Source: Octopus vulgaris
Taxonomy: Eukaryota
Assembly (NCBI GenBank): GCA_951406725.2
Contig: OX597819.1
Coordinates: forward strand, 45,570,001 to 45,634,000
DNA length: 64,000 nt
Reading direction: 5' to 3'
Shown: positions 1 through 13,290 of the stretch, one piece after another
Layout of the letters: each line of letters begins with the position of its first letter
Numbering within the stretch: the stretch's first letter is position 1
Program-made: the position numbers and the translations under genes
The notes under the pieces: generated by a model
Seen by the model: the letters and a program-made list of their open reading frames with translations, nothing else
What the model was told of the DNA's origin: nothing
The model's database searches: none

Positions 1-659
1 TAAACTCACATAGACGTGGCATACATCACAACAAATCATAAAATAACAAGCGGAAGTACACCCAATAATCTCCCCTCTCAAAGACAGTGTTTCGTGCGGA
101 ATATAAAGAACACTGGAAAATTATAACACTTCACAAAAGAAGCGAAAACGCGTAAATATAAGAAAAAAATGAACAGAAAAAAAAAACTGAAGCATACTTC
201 ATTATTGGGCATCTTTATGGATATAAACTGCCAAAATACTAAAAGTAATAAAGCAATCATATGACAGGCTAACCGCAAACCCCAAATTACAGTCTGCTAA
301 AATAGAACAGCATTATAATATACATGAAACTCAACTGCACCCATTACATAGATATTACAAACTTCAATCGAATGCTAATAAGGCATGACTCGTACATTAA
401 ACATACAAGCATTGAAAATGAAAACCCACACCACGAGGCACATTAACATAATAATGATACGTAAATGGGTTTCCGCCGCACTCGACGATGAGTGTTTCAA
501 ATGTTCGATCAACGGATGGTCTCCTCGTTGGATTGGCGCGTAAATAGTGAGAATTCCATTCCAAAGACAGGTGTGTCCTTAATAAGAAACTCAAGTGTTA
601 ACGGTGTAACACGGTATACTATAAAGCTGGGCCACGCAACTACTTCTACGAATTCATCC

Positions 660-800
660 AAACGGCTTCTGCACAGTTTCTCTCAATTTGAGGGTGACCC
701 AAGCAATAATGCTTGGGTCACCCTGAGCCGAGTCTGAAATACAAAGACACTAGTTGAATAGAGAACGCTGTCAGATTGAACCAGAAACTTCTCACAGCCA
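660..800 (-). mobile_element. Highly decayed SINE-A 5' half, containing a perfect 15-bp hairpin
   Basis: aacggcttctgcacagtttc...aagacactagt...gattgaaccagaaac...cacagcca aligns loosely by eye with the SINE-A copy at 1741-1880. Confidence 0.45.
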
Positions 801-929
801 TACCAGCGTTCAGTTATATGTGTGTGTATATATGTATATATGTGTGCTTCTGAGGATGTATTTGTATACATATGTAGTATATATGCATATATACACGCAT
901 ATGCACACACACAGTATATATACATACAT

Positions 930-1689
930 TCTCTTTACTCTTTTGACTGTGGCCATGCTGAAGCACCACCTTTAGTCGAGCAAATCAACCCCACGATTTA
1001 TTCTTCGTAAGCCTAGTACTTATTCTATCGGTCTCTTTTGCTGAACCGCTAAGTTACGGGGACCTAAACACACAAGCATCGTTTGTCAAGCGATGTTGGG
1101 GGAAAAACACAGGCACAAACATATACACACACACATACATAATACATACATACATACATATACATATACACACACACACACACATATATATCTCGTCGTC
1201 CACTATAATCCAGCGTTTGAAATACTTTTTTCGTCTGGCGTTAACAGCCCTTCCTATCTTGTTCTCCTTGTCCTGTCTCTCACTGTTATATATTTATTTT
1301 TCCACTGTTTATATATATATTTTTTACTGTTTATATGTTTGTACTGTCGTTACCGTCTTGCTTTTTTACCCCTCTGCGACAAGATCTCAGAATTTTAATT
1401 GATTTGCTTTTCGCAGGAAGGAATTTTTCATTCGAAGTATACGTCTCGCTTTTATCCTTCGAAACGTTTAGTAGATGAAACTTTAGCGACTGAAGAAGGG
1501 GATTTTTCGTTGTGCTTATTGTCCTGTATCTCCTTTTTTTGCCTGTCTTGTTCCTTGGTTTGTGTCTATGTTTTTCGTCTCTCTATGTGTTCGACGTCCT
1601 TTTGGTGTCCTGTACACATATATGCGTGTATATGTACATGTAGAGGTAGGTACGTACATATATGTTTATATATATGCATATATTTTATT

Positions 1690-1742
<53 letters not shown>

Positions 1743-1880
1743 CGAGCTTCTTTCAGTTTCCGTCTACAAATCCACTGACAAGGCATTGGTCGGCCCGAGG
1801 CTATAGTAGAAGACACTTGCCCAAAGTGCCACGCAGTGGGACTGAACCCGGAACCACGTGGTTGGTAAGCAGGCTACTTT
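930..1880 (-). mobile_element. SINE-A (tRNA-headed, CORE-like, with internal microsatellite), split by a nested insertion
   Basis: The 3' half (930-1120) and 5' half (1741-1880) match the copies at 9577, 28750, 40810, 43118 and 50107. The segment gtggcaccttgggcaagtgtcttct in family members resembles the CORE domain (from recall). Confidence 0.85.
1192..1626. mobile_element. Solo arm related to the 39.4-40.2 kb palindromic element, inserted in the SINE-A central microsatellite
   Basis: Shares ordered blocks with 39803-40169: aattgatttgcttt, cgaaa, actgaaga/actgatga, tgtcctgtacacatatatgc. Flanked by (CA)n/(TA)n. Confidence 0.6.
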
Positions 1881-2687
1881 ATTTTATTAAATTTGCCATA
1901 GAGGCAGTACATAGTTTAAGGTAGCTGGACACGGACATTAATGAGATGAATGATAATGATACAAGCCACTTCTACGCCTGCATACATGTATATACGTATA
2001 TGTGTGTGCTTGTGTGCGCGTGTGTGCGTATGAGTGTGTGTATGACTTTAAGTAATCTACTGTCATGCGTTTTATAATAACTTCACTGTAAAAAAGACGA
2101 TGGTCTATCGCAGACAATTTCATTTCCAACTGCAGCACAGCAATTATCATTATTTTGTGTCTATATCAAATATTTCTACTTTTGTTTGCAATCTTGAGAA
2201 TTGTTTTGGTTGAATGTGATGGTTGAATGACAAAGTCAATCTCGGTATTAACAGAGACGGATGCCTCACTTGATTGGAAACGCTGATTTCGCCAAAGATA
2301 ATCTTGTCGGTCGTCTTAAGTCGGTAAAACAAACACCAGGACAATAGTCTGAAATTTAATCATGGCGTTCGGCTCATTTCTCATCAATGCAACAACACAA
2401 AACAGCCATTGTGCCTTAATATGTCACTCTGACTAAGAATGTTATCATGCAGTTCTTGGGTGACTTTAATGGGGTTCACTACATGCTGTTGCATGCACAC
2501 AGACGAGATCTGTATTCTAAGGAAAACATGATATTCTGATGCACACGCAGCTCTAGCTTCCTAATGCTTTAAACCGTTTAAGATGTAGTCTTTCCGTTGG
2601 TGGTGAAGGCCATACAAACAACATTGGGCGCTTTCTCTCTTTACCAGTCTTACTTCTGAAAAGCTACTCCGATATCAAGATCAAAAG

Positions 2688-3275
2688 CATCATCATCATC
2701 ATCATCATCATTCCCATTACTACTACTACCGCCGCCGCCACCACCACCACCACCACTACCATCATCACGGCTGCTGCTGTCGACGCCCCGAATTCCACGG
2801 CTGTCGCCGGCGACACTGCCACCACAACAACCTCCACCTCCATGACCCCGACGACCCCCCCCCCCACACCTACCACCATCATCGACGTCGTCGTCATCGG
2901 ACGTTGTCCACATCATCATTATCATCATCGTCGTCGTCGTCGTCAACATCATCATCATCATCATCGTCGTCAACGTCATGAATATATTACACTCATCACT
3001 TCGCAAACTACCACCGCTACGACCCTTATCATCATCAGTCATCATTATCATCAACAATAACAAGAACAAACAATCCACAACCGCAACAACAACAGCAAAA
3101 ATATCAAGCACAATTCTAAAGCAGAAATTAGTATTAAAACGCAATGGCAAGTACCATCACACTATTCAACAGCATTAAGAAGCAATAACAAGTCGACGAC
3201 CACCACAACCACCGCCACCACCACCACCACAAAAACCACCACCATCACCACCACCACTGCCACCACCAATACTAA
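2688..3275. repeat. Compound trinucleotide microsatellites (CAT/CAC/CGT/CAA)
   Basis: Directly visible. The ORFs here are homopolymer-like artefacts. Confidence 0.95.
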
Positions 3276-3682
3276 TATGGCTAGCACCAATATACCTTGA
3301 ACAACGTGACTATCACCATGACAGACGGAAGTAACCGAACTCCGACGAAAAGATCAAACCAATCGCTTTATTACTTGTAAATATTGAAATATTGGTGTGT
3401 ATTCTGGTCTTGAAGCATTATTTAACATCCACTTGAAGTATGGAAAATTTTGAAAACATTCCGCTACACTTCACTAGCATTAACCCTAACGACAGCCACA
3501 CAACCGCCACCTTGCAATAATTACTCTCTCGCCATACGGAACTATATATTACTACGCAAATGCACTACATAACATTAGAGCAACAACAACAATATCCACT
3601 AACGGTTCACAAGGGTTGTTTCGCTATCCAATATTGACTAGATGTTTCTCTCTTCATAGCAGTGTGTTCACAACAATGACAA

Positions 3683-3686
3683 TAGC

Positions 3687-3750
<64 letters not shown>

Positions 3751-4025
3751 ACATCAACAACGAAATATCACTACTGTCTTTACATCCAAAGCTTTATTCC
3801 CTCCCCGCCCTATCTGTTACTACCGAATCGACCATCATCACTATCGCTATCACCGCCACCATCACCACACCACAGCCACCACCAAGCAATAACAACAGCG
3901 CAAAGGAAAAAGCACATCAGTAGCAGCCAATCATATTCGCTCCAACCGTCCATCGTCATAGACTTGTCTATGATGATGATGATGATGACGATGACGATTA
4001 TAATGATGATGACGACGACGACGAC

Positions 4026-4057
<32 letters not shown>

Positions 4058-4074
4058 CGACGACGACGATGATT

Positions 4075-4106
<32 letters not shown>

Positions 4107-4107
4107 A

Positions 4108-4162
<55 letters not shown>

Positions 4163-5010
4163 GGATGATGATCATTATCATCACCATCATCATTATCATC
4201 ATCGCAGTAATCGTCATCGTCGTCTTCATATATTTTATCATTTCCTTTAATGAATGCGTAGTCGTCGACGATTCGGCATCATCGTCATCATCCTCTTCAT
4301 TATCACCACCATTATCATCATCGTCATCATCATCATCATCGTCATCATCGCCATCATCTGTATCATCGCCGTCATCCTCATCCTGATCATCATCATCATC
4401 ATCATTGCCATCAGCACCGTCATTGCCACAAGCTGTATCCTTTACCGTCGTCATCATCATCATCATCATCATCATCACCAACACCATCATCGTAATAAAT
4501 TTTATCGCCAATATCATTATTGTCGTGTCATCGTCGTCGTCGTCATCGTCATCATCATCGTTGTTGTTATCGTCGCTTCTTAATCACCATCATCATCATC
4601 ATCACCATCATCTTCGTCATCATCATCCTACCACCACCACCACCACTACCACAACCGCCACCACCACCACCATCATCATGAAGGACTACCGCGACTAGTT
4701 AACGTGCTTGCCCCTCCCTTTCCCCCCTCTCCCTACCTCTTTACTACTTTCTGCACCTCATCTAACATCATTTCCTTATCTATCCTTACCTTCTCTACTT
4801 CTCCTTCTCCTTCTCCTTCTCCTTACATCTCCTCGTCCCTCTCCTCCCCCCCCCCCCGCCCCCGCTCTTTATTCATTATTCTCACCCGCCATCCCTCCTC
4901 CTCCTCCTCCTCCACCTCCTCATACTACTACTACTACTACTTCCAATCTATATCTTCCACCTCCTCTCCCACCCCCCTCTTCTTCTCCTCTCTATCCCAT
5001 CCCATGCCCC
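3683..5010. repeat. (CAA)n(CAG)n, (GAT)n, (CAT)n, (CAC)n arrays followed by a ~300-bp polypyrimidine tract
   Basis: Directly visible. Confidence 0.95.
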
Positions 5011-5561
5011 CGGTGACACGATTACACTAGAATTAATCCAACGTCACTGATTCTTGGCCAACATGAAACGAAATTCCATTGATGTCTGTTACATCCTTTG
5101 CAATGAGACTGCTTTCTCATTATCAAAGGAAAGGCCAGAGTCGCAGCTATTACACATCACAGACCAATCTGGCAATCTGTGTGTGCGCGTGCGTGCGTGC
5201 GTGCGTGCGTGCTTGCGCGCGCGCGTCCGTGTGTGGGTCTGTGTCAGAATGCGTATTTAAACAAGTGCGGAGATGTATGTGTACGTGTTTGTGTACAGAT
5301 ATTTCAATGAGTTACATACATACACACACATTCCCCCACACACATATATACATACTCGTATATATATTATGCATATATACATATACACACACGCGCAAAC
5401 ACACATATATATTTGTATAAGTATACGTTTATGCGTGCATGTATATAAATATTTATTAGCGTATGCATGTGTATATATCTGTATATGTACATGTGTATGT
5501 GTGTATATATACATATATTATACGCACATACGCACACATATATATATATATTGTGTGTATG

Positions 5562-5593
<32 letters not shown>

Positions 5594-5639
5594 TGTGTAT
5601 ACTACTCATACATTAATATCTGCACAACATATAAAAATC

Positions 5640-5960
5640 GGCCAACTGGCTAAGAAGTACGCATTGTAACCACAAGATCCCGGTTTCGATCCCATTGCGT
5701 AGCATATTGTGCGGATATCACCTTTCATATCCTCGCATCGACACATACCTACTGGGTTATATCGGGTAGATGGAAAATATAGAGAAGCCCTTCTAAAGGA
5801 GTGGACTTGTGATTCAAAAGTACAACCTTGAATCATCATAAACTATCTCACCCCAGTTTCCCCCGATCATAACGCCAATGGTACATGTGTCTGCGGAATA
5901 TTCAACCCCTTTTGTAGGTTGTTCAATTGAACGAACAATTGAGTGTCTGGTCTCTCACAA
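5640..5960 (+). mobile_element. Decayed chimeric SINE (A-like head, C-like tail)
   Basis: Head ggctaagaagtacgcattgtaaccacaagatcccggtttcgatccc with a box-B-like motif. Tail ggtacatgtgtctgcggaatattcaacc...caggttgttcaattga-like segment matches the SINE-C tail. Confidence 0.55.
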
Positions 5961-6077
5961 CGATCGATTCAGACATGGGTTCCTGCCTGAGGACCTTAGT
6001 ATCTTCCTGTCTGAGGACCTTAGTCTCTTAGTCTCTACATGTCTCCAAAGCCCTGGAAAGATGACGGAGAAAGATTT

Positions 6078-6178
6078 ATGAACGTACGTACGCATGTATG
6101 TAGTTATGTATGTATGTATGTATGTATGTATGTATGTATGTATGTATGTATGTATGTATGTATGTATGTATTTATGTA

Positions 6179-6211
<33 letters not shown>

Positions 6212-6350
6212 ATGCATGTATGTATGTATGTATGTACGTATGTATTATGTATGCCAGGAAAACGAATCCATAGCTTCAAAAAGTAAGGATTCCCAATGCA
6301 TACCTGTACACACATGGGTATACACGCACGCACACATATATGCGTGTATG

Positions 6351-6407
<57 letters not shown>

Positions 6408-6566
6408 TGAATGTATGACGAGTCCTCCATGGGGCTAGGCCCTTTATGGTTGCGAAACCATTGGTCACTGACTGAACAAAGAATTATCTGCATATAAAAT
6501 ATATACTTTTACATGTACATACTTGTATATGGAAGTATGTGTAGATACAAACACACATGCATACAT

Positions 6567-6628
<62 letters not shown>

Positions 6629-6722
6629 ATATATGCACATGTATATACAGACGTACACACAAATACACCAGCACACGCATACATATTGCACATGTTATAA
6701 TAGACAGATAGATAGATCGATC

Positions 6723-6795
<73 letters not shown>

Positions 6796-6800
6796 ATGGA
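6078..6800. repeat. (TATG)n, (TG)n, (TA)n and (GATA)n microsatellites
   Basis: Directly visible. Confidence 0.95.
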
Positions 6801-7099
6801 TGGATGTTTAGCCAATCGGGCAACCGATTAGTTAGAGGACAAAGTTAGTAGAGAGACGGGAGAACAGACAACCACAAATTCCTCAGATCTTTCGTTCACA
6901 AATACTAACTAAACCCAGCCAGGCGCCCGGACTATCTTTCGTGATGTTTTTAATTCTATCCCACAATTCAATTAAAATCAACAACTTCCGCCTAGTATAC
7001 AATTATACAGCAGATACTAGTATTGATTTTTCACTAATGTATAATTAGTGGTTTTATCGCCTCACCTAACCGCCGTTCCGATATGTCGGCAGCTGCCGC

Positions 7100-7122
7100 C
7101 GTTGCTGCTGCTGGTGCTGCTG

Positions 7123-7184
<62 letters not shown>

Positions 7185-7960
7185 GGTACTTTTCTTCTTC
7201 ACCTCTTCGTTTTTGATTTAGCTGTGGTATTAGTTGTCTATCTTCCTTTTGTTGTTGTTGCTGGCGTCGTTCTAGTTTTTCTTCTTCTTCCTTTTCTTTT
7301 TCGTCTTCATTTTTCTTCTTCCGCTTCTTCTGTTTCTTCTTCTTCTTCTTCTTTTTCTTCTTCTTCTTCTTCTTCTTCATCATTTTCCTTCTTCTTCTTC
7401 TTCTTCTTCTTCTTCTTCTTCTTCTTCTTCTTCTTCTTCTCCTCCTCCTCCTCCTCCTCTTCCTCCTTTTCCATTTCTACTGCTGCTGACTTTTGTTTTA
7501 GTGGTTGTATTAGTAACTTTGGTTTGTAATTAGTTCGGGGTTCTGGTAAGTTAAGAGTAACGTTTGGAAATGAAATGTGCGAAAATTGATAGGGGGGAGG
7601 ATGAGGATTCAGGGATAGGGTATTTGTAGGGGGTGGAGGAATTTAGCGGTAAAGGCGAGCGTGTAATGAAAAGATGAACTATGATAAAAGCTGATGGACT
7701 TGCTACGGATAACGCCGATGATGATGATGACGACGACGACGACGACGACGATGATGCCGATGATGGTGATGAGGATGATGACGTAGAGGAGGAGGAGGAA
7801 GCAACGATGACAACGATGATGACGATGATATTAAGTAAGGAGATGAAAACGATAGCGACGACGACGTCGATGATAAATAAAAATACCACGACTACAAAGT
7901 TGATAATAATCTTGACAAAACTGATAATTATGATCGTGATCACGATCGTGATGATGATGA
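7100..7960. repeat. (CTA)n, (CTT)n, (CCT)n, (GAT/GAC)n microsatellite block
   Basis: Directly visible. Confidence 0.9.
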
Positions 7961-8988
7961 GAGGAGGAGCAAGGGGCAGAGAGAATGATGGAGGAAATGG
8001 AAGACGAGAAGATGGAATAAAAGAGGTGAAGGACACGATTGGTGTGCACATCGAACCTAGGACGGTAAAATCCACGCCACACAGAAGCATTGTGATTGCC
8101 TACATGATAACTACTGCTGGGAAAAACGTATGGGATATAGCATATAAAATGTCTATTCTCCTGAAACAGATAAATGTAGCACAGCCTTATCTTATCACCA
8201 CACGCAAGTAAATAATAGCTATCAGCAAAATGCTCTCCGTGAAGGACGATATCATATCAAATGCAATCTGTATAACTGCATTAAGAATTTATCTTTTCTA
8301 AGAAATAAAACAATTTCAGCATAGTTATGGTCATTCAGGAGAACTCTTCGAACACACCAGGCAGGACCTTGTGAAATTGATATATGCTGCGGCGCTTAGG
8401 TCAACCCCAAACCTCGTGAATAAAGTTTAGAGAGACGAAAATATGCGGGAACTTATTTGAAAACCTGCAGCCATTTTTAGGTAGTAGACTTAGACGGTTG
8501 TTCAGTTTAACATCGCCATTTGGCTGTTGGGTATCCGTATTGGAAGCATTTATCTTATCTTACAATGATTCAAGCAACGGCCCCGGTTTGAGGACCATCC
8601 TCTCTTCACTCTACTCATTTCTGAAGCTCTGCAAAATGTAAAGCATTTCGGACGCTGACCTTTGCACATCTAACTGAGCAATAACATGATTTTGTCTTTT
8701 AGTTATCTCCGTCACCCGATGTATTAGTAACACGTTCTCATAAATATTTTATAATTCTTTCTTGCGTAGCACAAATAATCCAAATATTGTTGTTTATTGA
8801 AACATAGGTTTTGCAGGATTTTGATGAACTTGTTTTATTGATAAAATACATACACGATGTATGGGTTAGTGACAACTCTGTAATACAGAAGTAGAATATA
8901 TTACAACTATGTATTCATTTGTTTTGTCGAAGAGAACAGAGAAGTAGTGACCAACTATGTCATATAACAGAGGCCTTAGAAGAAGATT

Positions 8989-9418
8989 GGTGAGGGTGAC
9001 GTCATACTGCCTACATCTTTGAACAGCGCTCTAGGCTCAATTCAGATGGCTGGACACTGTGAACTGTCTCTGGTTGGAGAGGGTTGCTACTGAAAGGCCA
9101 CATGTTTGGCAACAGGATTCGGCTACTTACTATAAAACAGGAAAGAATCAGAAGTGGTTGTCGTAGAATCTCTACGACTTTACCAGCCCCAATTTCAGGC
9201 CTCTCAATTACCCCGATTGTAATCCACTAGGCTACTATCTATTAGATGCGGTTGAGAAAGACGCCAATCAATCTGCCTGTAACATCAAGGGCTAGTTTGG
9301 GTCCAAGATGAAGGAGATGTACGAAGATCTTCACAGAGACACAGTGATGAACGCAAGTACCAGGTTCCGAAGCCGTCTTGAGGCCGTGGTGGAAGTTGAG
9401 GATGGCCACTTTGAGTAA
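8989..9418 (+). pseudogene. Decayed Tc1/mariner transposase C-terminus, DD37D (maT-like)
   Basis: Manual translation: WLERVATERPHVWQQDSATYYKTGKNQKWLS*NLYDFTSPNFRPLNYPDCNPLGYY...RFRSRLEAVVEVEDGHFE*. There are 37 residues between QQD and the third-D position (now GGC). Stops and frameshifts present. Confidence 0.85.
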
Positions 9419-9576
9419 ACTGTTATCTCCCAGCCATAATCTAGTTGATAGTTGTTTCTTTTCATCTTTATTACTGGATGTGATATTGCGTTTCAAATTT
9501 AGTCCGAATAACCAAGATCAATTGTTACGCCAACTGCCATCTATGCCTGGGGAACCTGGAGGGTGATACCCAATAG

Positions 9577-9965
9577 AAGCGGCTGTGTTGTAACAAGCTT
9601 GCTTCCAAACCACATGGTTCTAGGTTCAAACCCGGGAAAGTGTCTTCTACTGTAGCCTCAAGCCGACCAAAACTTTGCGAGTCAATTTGGTATTCGGAAA
9701 CTGAAAGAAACCCGTCGTATAATGTATGTTTGTGTGTGTGTGTGTGTGTATCTGTGTATCTGTGTTTCTACCCCCACCACCATCGCTTGACAACCGATGC
9801 TGGCGTGTTTGCGTCCCCGTAACTTAGCGGTTCAGCAAATGAGAGCGATACAATAAGTACTAGGCTTACAAAGAATAAGTACTGGGATCGATTTGTTCGA
9901 TAAAAGGCGGTGCTCCAGCGTGGCCACAGTCAAATGGGTGAGACAAGTAGAAGAATAAAAAAAAA
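9577..9965 (+). mobile_element. SINE-A, near full length
   Basis: tRNA-like head (ggttctaggttcaaacc), internal (TG)n, 3' half catcgcttgacaaccgatgctgg...ggccacagtcaaatg, A-rich end. Confidence 0.9.
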
Positions 9966-10340
9966 CATCTCTCAACTGCTGGACATATTCCATCGACACT
10001 GCCTACGAGTACGTTCTCTTCTGGACAGAACGAGAAAGGAAGAGGTGATGTGAAGAGCAGGCATGGGAAGTTTGTTGGACGTAATGACTCAGCAGCTGAT
10101 ATGTTTTACTGATGATGTGCTTCGACTACTGCAGGAGAGACATGCTACTATCGTGATGGAGTCGATGCCAGAAAGATGGGGAAGAAATCGAGTGGCAGAC
10201 CAAAGAGTATGAGGCGCAGTACGTACGAGACGACACGACCGCGATGGGAGTTGGCCTGAGTGAGGCTGAAAGGAAAGCGAGCAATTGAGATGTTTGGAGA
10301 AGGTTCCTTGTCCTTTGTGCTGACAGTACTCTAAGAGTAA
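9966..10340 (+). pseudogene. Decayed RTE-clade LINE ORF 3' fragment
   Basis: Manual translation with frameshifts: ISQLLDIFHRHCLR...EEVM*RAGMGSL...DVLRLLQERHA...SGRPKSMRRST...AERKASN*DVWRR, the typical post-RT region of RTE elements. Confidence 0.7.
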
Positions 10341-11877
10341 AGCAGTACTATGTCCTTGTACAAGAAACATCAACCGCTCCGGGAATAGACAACATGATGT
10401 TACGATCATGAAACCGCCGGCTTAATCACCAAGCTATTCGGTTTCACCTCATTATACATACACATAAAATTATAATTTTTCGTACTATTAAGCTCATTTT
10501 AAAAGATGAAACGTTTTTGCAATTATCTATATATTCACTAGATTTCGATCGTTTTCATCTCCGATCTTCGACAATTGTCTTATTCATGGATATGATGTTA
10601 ATAGTACAAAACTGGATTAAAAGAAGATTTTATTTGATATAATATTTATGTTATTTAATATCTTCTTTCAATAAAGATAGCAATATTGAGCTAATAATAT
10701 GAGTGCTTAGTTTAACTGATTGGGTTATCGGCAAATATTATATGTACGGCGTTTTTGATTTTTCTAAAGTTTCCAATTATGGGAATTTATATGCTTACCT
10801 ACTCGCACCAAATTCATGTTCTGGCATTCCTGATTTTGATGTTTCTCTTCTCATTAAGGTTTTCCAATCTAGCGCAGGAATCTTTTCCAGTTTACTGTTA
10901 AATAGGGTCGGAAATGTTGATCAAAAACAAATCTATACAGCGTCATCCACATAGATACTATAAGAGGCAGCACCAAGTAAACAGTTACAAACCACATGCT
11001 ATATTACATGAACCATATAAACCTTATTTAAATATAGATGAATGCATCATTACCAAACGCATAAAGCTGATCATATGTGTTACTCTTACCCAGAAACTCA
11101 TGGTTAGAATACATCATTCCCTATCCACTCAAATGCACGCGCGCGCGCACACACACATACGTATGTATAAGTGTGTATATGTGTATAGAAATAGCTGTAT
11201 GTAAATGCGTGCATGTATATGTAGCAAGAAATTAACATAAGGAGATAAGCTTCCAGACAGCCGTTTTCTGGGACATGGTGTTGAGCGAAAAGTTCCGCTC
11301 TTTTACTGTAGGTGTCAATATGTCTGATCACTCGCTAAAATATTCTAAGAGACTAAAGGTCAAGCGCTGAGCACCTATTCATGCATATATGTAAACGCAC
11401 ATGCAATTATATATAAATATATGTTTTTCTTCTGTGTTTGTGAGTCTTTGAACATGCACATACACACACACATATTTACATGTGAATACATGATACGTGT
11501 GTGTATATACATACAAACATATATTGTGGTGTGATTTGCTATTAGTACATTACCATACAAAGCCGAAAAACGAATCGAAGTTCTTGCTTTGTACTTTCCC
11601 GTCCCAAATTTGATGCTTTTTTTTCACATATTATTCTTGGGTTTGGTCGTTTGTTGCGCGTCCTGAATTGTAAACTTGCAACTTTAATGGCTGAGAACAC
11701 CGACGAAATTAAAGGTATTGTTTTAGGTGTGGCAAGCGTTATGATTTCTAACTAAATTTCGCAAGATATTGAGTGACCTTATCGATAAAATTGTACCAGT
11801 ATAGCTTTGGGTTCAATGCAATGGATTATTGTCTCCAACAAAATTTCCGGCCTTGTGCCTTTAGTAGAAAGAATCGC

Positions 11878-11878
11878 T

Positions 11879-11912
<34 letters not shown>

Positions 11913-12223
11913 CCATCATCATCACCACCACCACGGTCGAGGTTGTGGTGGTCTTCAGGATCATCGTCATCAACATTATTTTCCACATCGCCGTCGTCGA
12001 CGTTGTCGTCGTCGACGTTGTCGTCGTCGACGTTGTCGTCGTCGACGTTGTCGTCGTCGACGTTGTCGTCGTCGACGTTGTCGTCGTCGTCGTCTACACC
12101 GCTGTCATCAGCATTGTCCTTATCATCATCATCGTCATCATCATCGTCGTTGTCGTCATCGTCATCGTCGTCGTCATCGTTATCACCATCAGCTCCATCA
12201 TCTTGATCATTATCATCATCATC

Positions 12224-12267
<44 letters not shown>

Positions 12268-12270
12268 TAT
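11878..12270. repeat. (CAT)n/(CGT)n/(ATT)n block including six copies of the 15-mer cgtcgtcgacgttgt
   Basis: Directly visible; DDDNV x6 in the reverse ORF. Confidence 0.95.
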
Positions 12271-12485
12271 TAAGGCGGCGCGCTGGCAGTATCGTTAGCA
12301 CGCCGGGCGAAATGCTTAGCGGCATTTCATCCCTCTTCACGTTGTGAGTTCAAATTCTGCCGAGGTCCACTATGCCTTTTATCTTTTCGGGGTCGATAAA
12401 ATAAGTACCAGTGAAACATTGGGATCGATGCAATCGACTAGTCTTCTCCCTACAAATTCCAGGCTTTGTGCTTTTAGTAGAAAGG
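12271..12485 (+). mobile_element. SINE-B monomer within an (ATT)n array
   Basis: aaggcggcgcgctggcag head, box B gagttcaaattc, body gccgaggtc.ac..tgcctttt..ctttcggggtcgataaaataagtacc. About 15 homologs in the window. Confidence 0.9.
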
Positions 12486-12489
12486 ATTA

Positions 12490-12520
<31 letters not shown>

Positions 12521-12528
12521 CATTATTA

Positions 12529-13213
12529 CTTTTTTTTTCTTCTTTCAAATTTGCTTCCATTTCTTGCCAAGTGTCTTCCCGACTCCTAGGGCAAAGAAAC
12601 TCATAGTATACATTGGTAGGCCATTAAACCAAACTCAGTAGTTCGTTCATTTTTTAAATTTTTTTTAAGTTAAATTAAAATACATGAGCAGCAACAGTTC
12701 TCACATCGACAATGCTCTTCTCAATACGTGTGATGTACCAGTTAAGACAATCTTTTGCACTTCTTGCAGGGATGGTAAGCCAGGGATCATTCTCATATAA
12801 TTTTCGGTTCCCTTCTTGATCATCCCTAGTGCTCCTACGATCACTGGTATTGTAACCGCCTTGAGATGCCACATTTTCTCAATTTCAATGAGTAGGTCTT
12901 TATATTTTCTGAGCTTGTCAAACTCTTTCGCTGAGATATTATGATCACAGGGGATGCTCATGTCGATCAATAAGCAAACTTTATTGTTTTGGTCTTTCAC
13001 AACAATATCTGGTTTATTGGCCTTGATGGTTCGGTCTGTATGTACTGGAAAGTCCCACAGAATGGTTACATTTTCTCCTTCAGTTACAGCCTCAGGGTGG
13101 TGATTATACCACTTGTCGGCAGTTTTGATATTGTAATGCCGACTTATTAGCCAGTGGAGATATTGGCCAACTCTGTCATGTCTTAATTTATACTCCACTG
13201 GTGCTAAGACTTT
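12529..13213 (-). mobile_element. R4/Dong-type non-LTR retrotransposon 3' end (RLE domain plus 3' UTR), family 1
   Basis: ORF 12701-13198: YKLRHDRV...ILWDFPVHTDRTIKANKPDIVVKD...CLLIDMSIP...EFDKLRKYKDL, the RHD + PD-(D/E)xK restriction-like endonuclease signature. Both ends abut (TAA)n. Confidence 0.92.
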
Positions 13214-13214
13214 A

Positions 13215-13290
<76 letters not shown>

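Noticed and set aside
2270-2348. Possible 79-nt exon on the - strand (tttcag...gtgagg)
   Set aside because: Weak pyrimidine tract, two open frames with no recognisable protein and no partner exons; such sites arise by chance.
3480-3490. Telomere-like taaccctaac
   Set aside because: Fewer than two units; chance occurrence.
5979-6023. Two copies of ttcctg(c/t)ctgaggaccttagt with a 24-bp period
   Set aside because: A simple local slippage duplication with no further structure.
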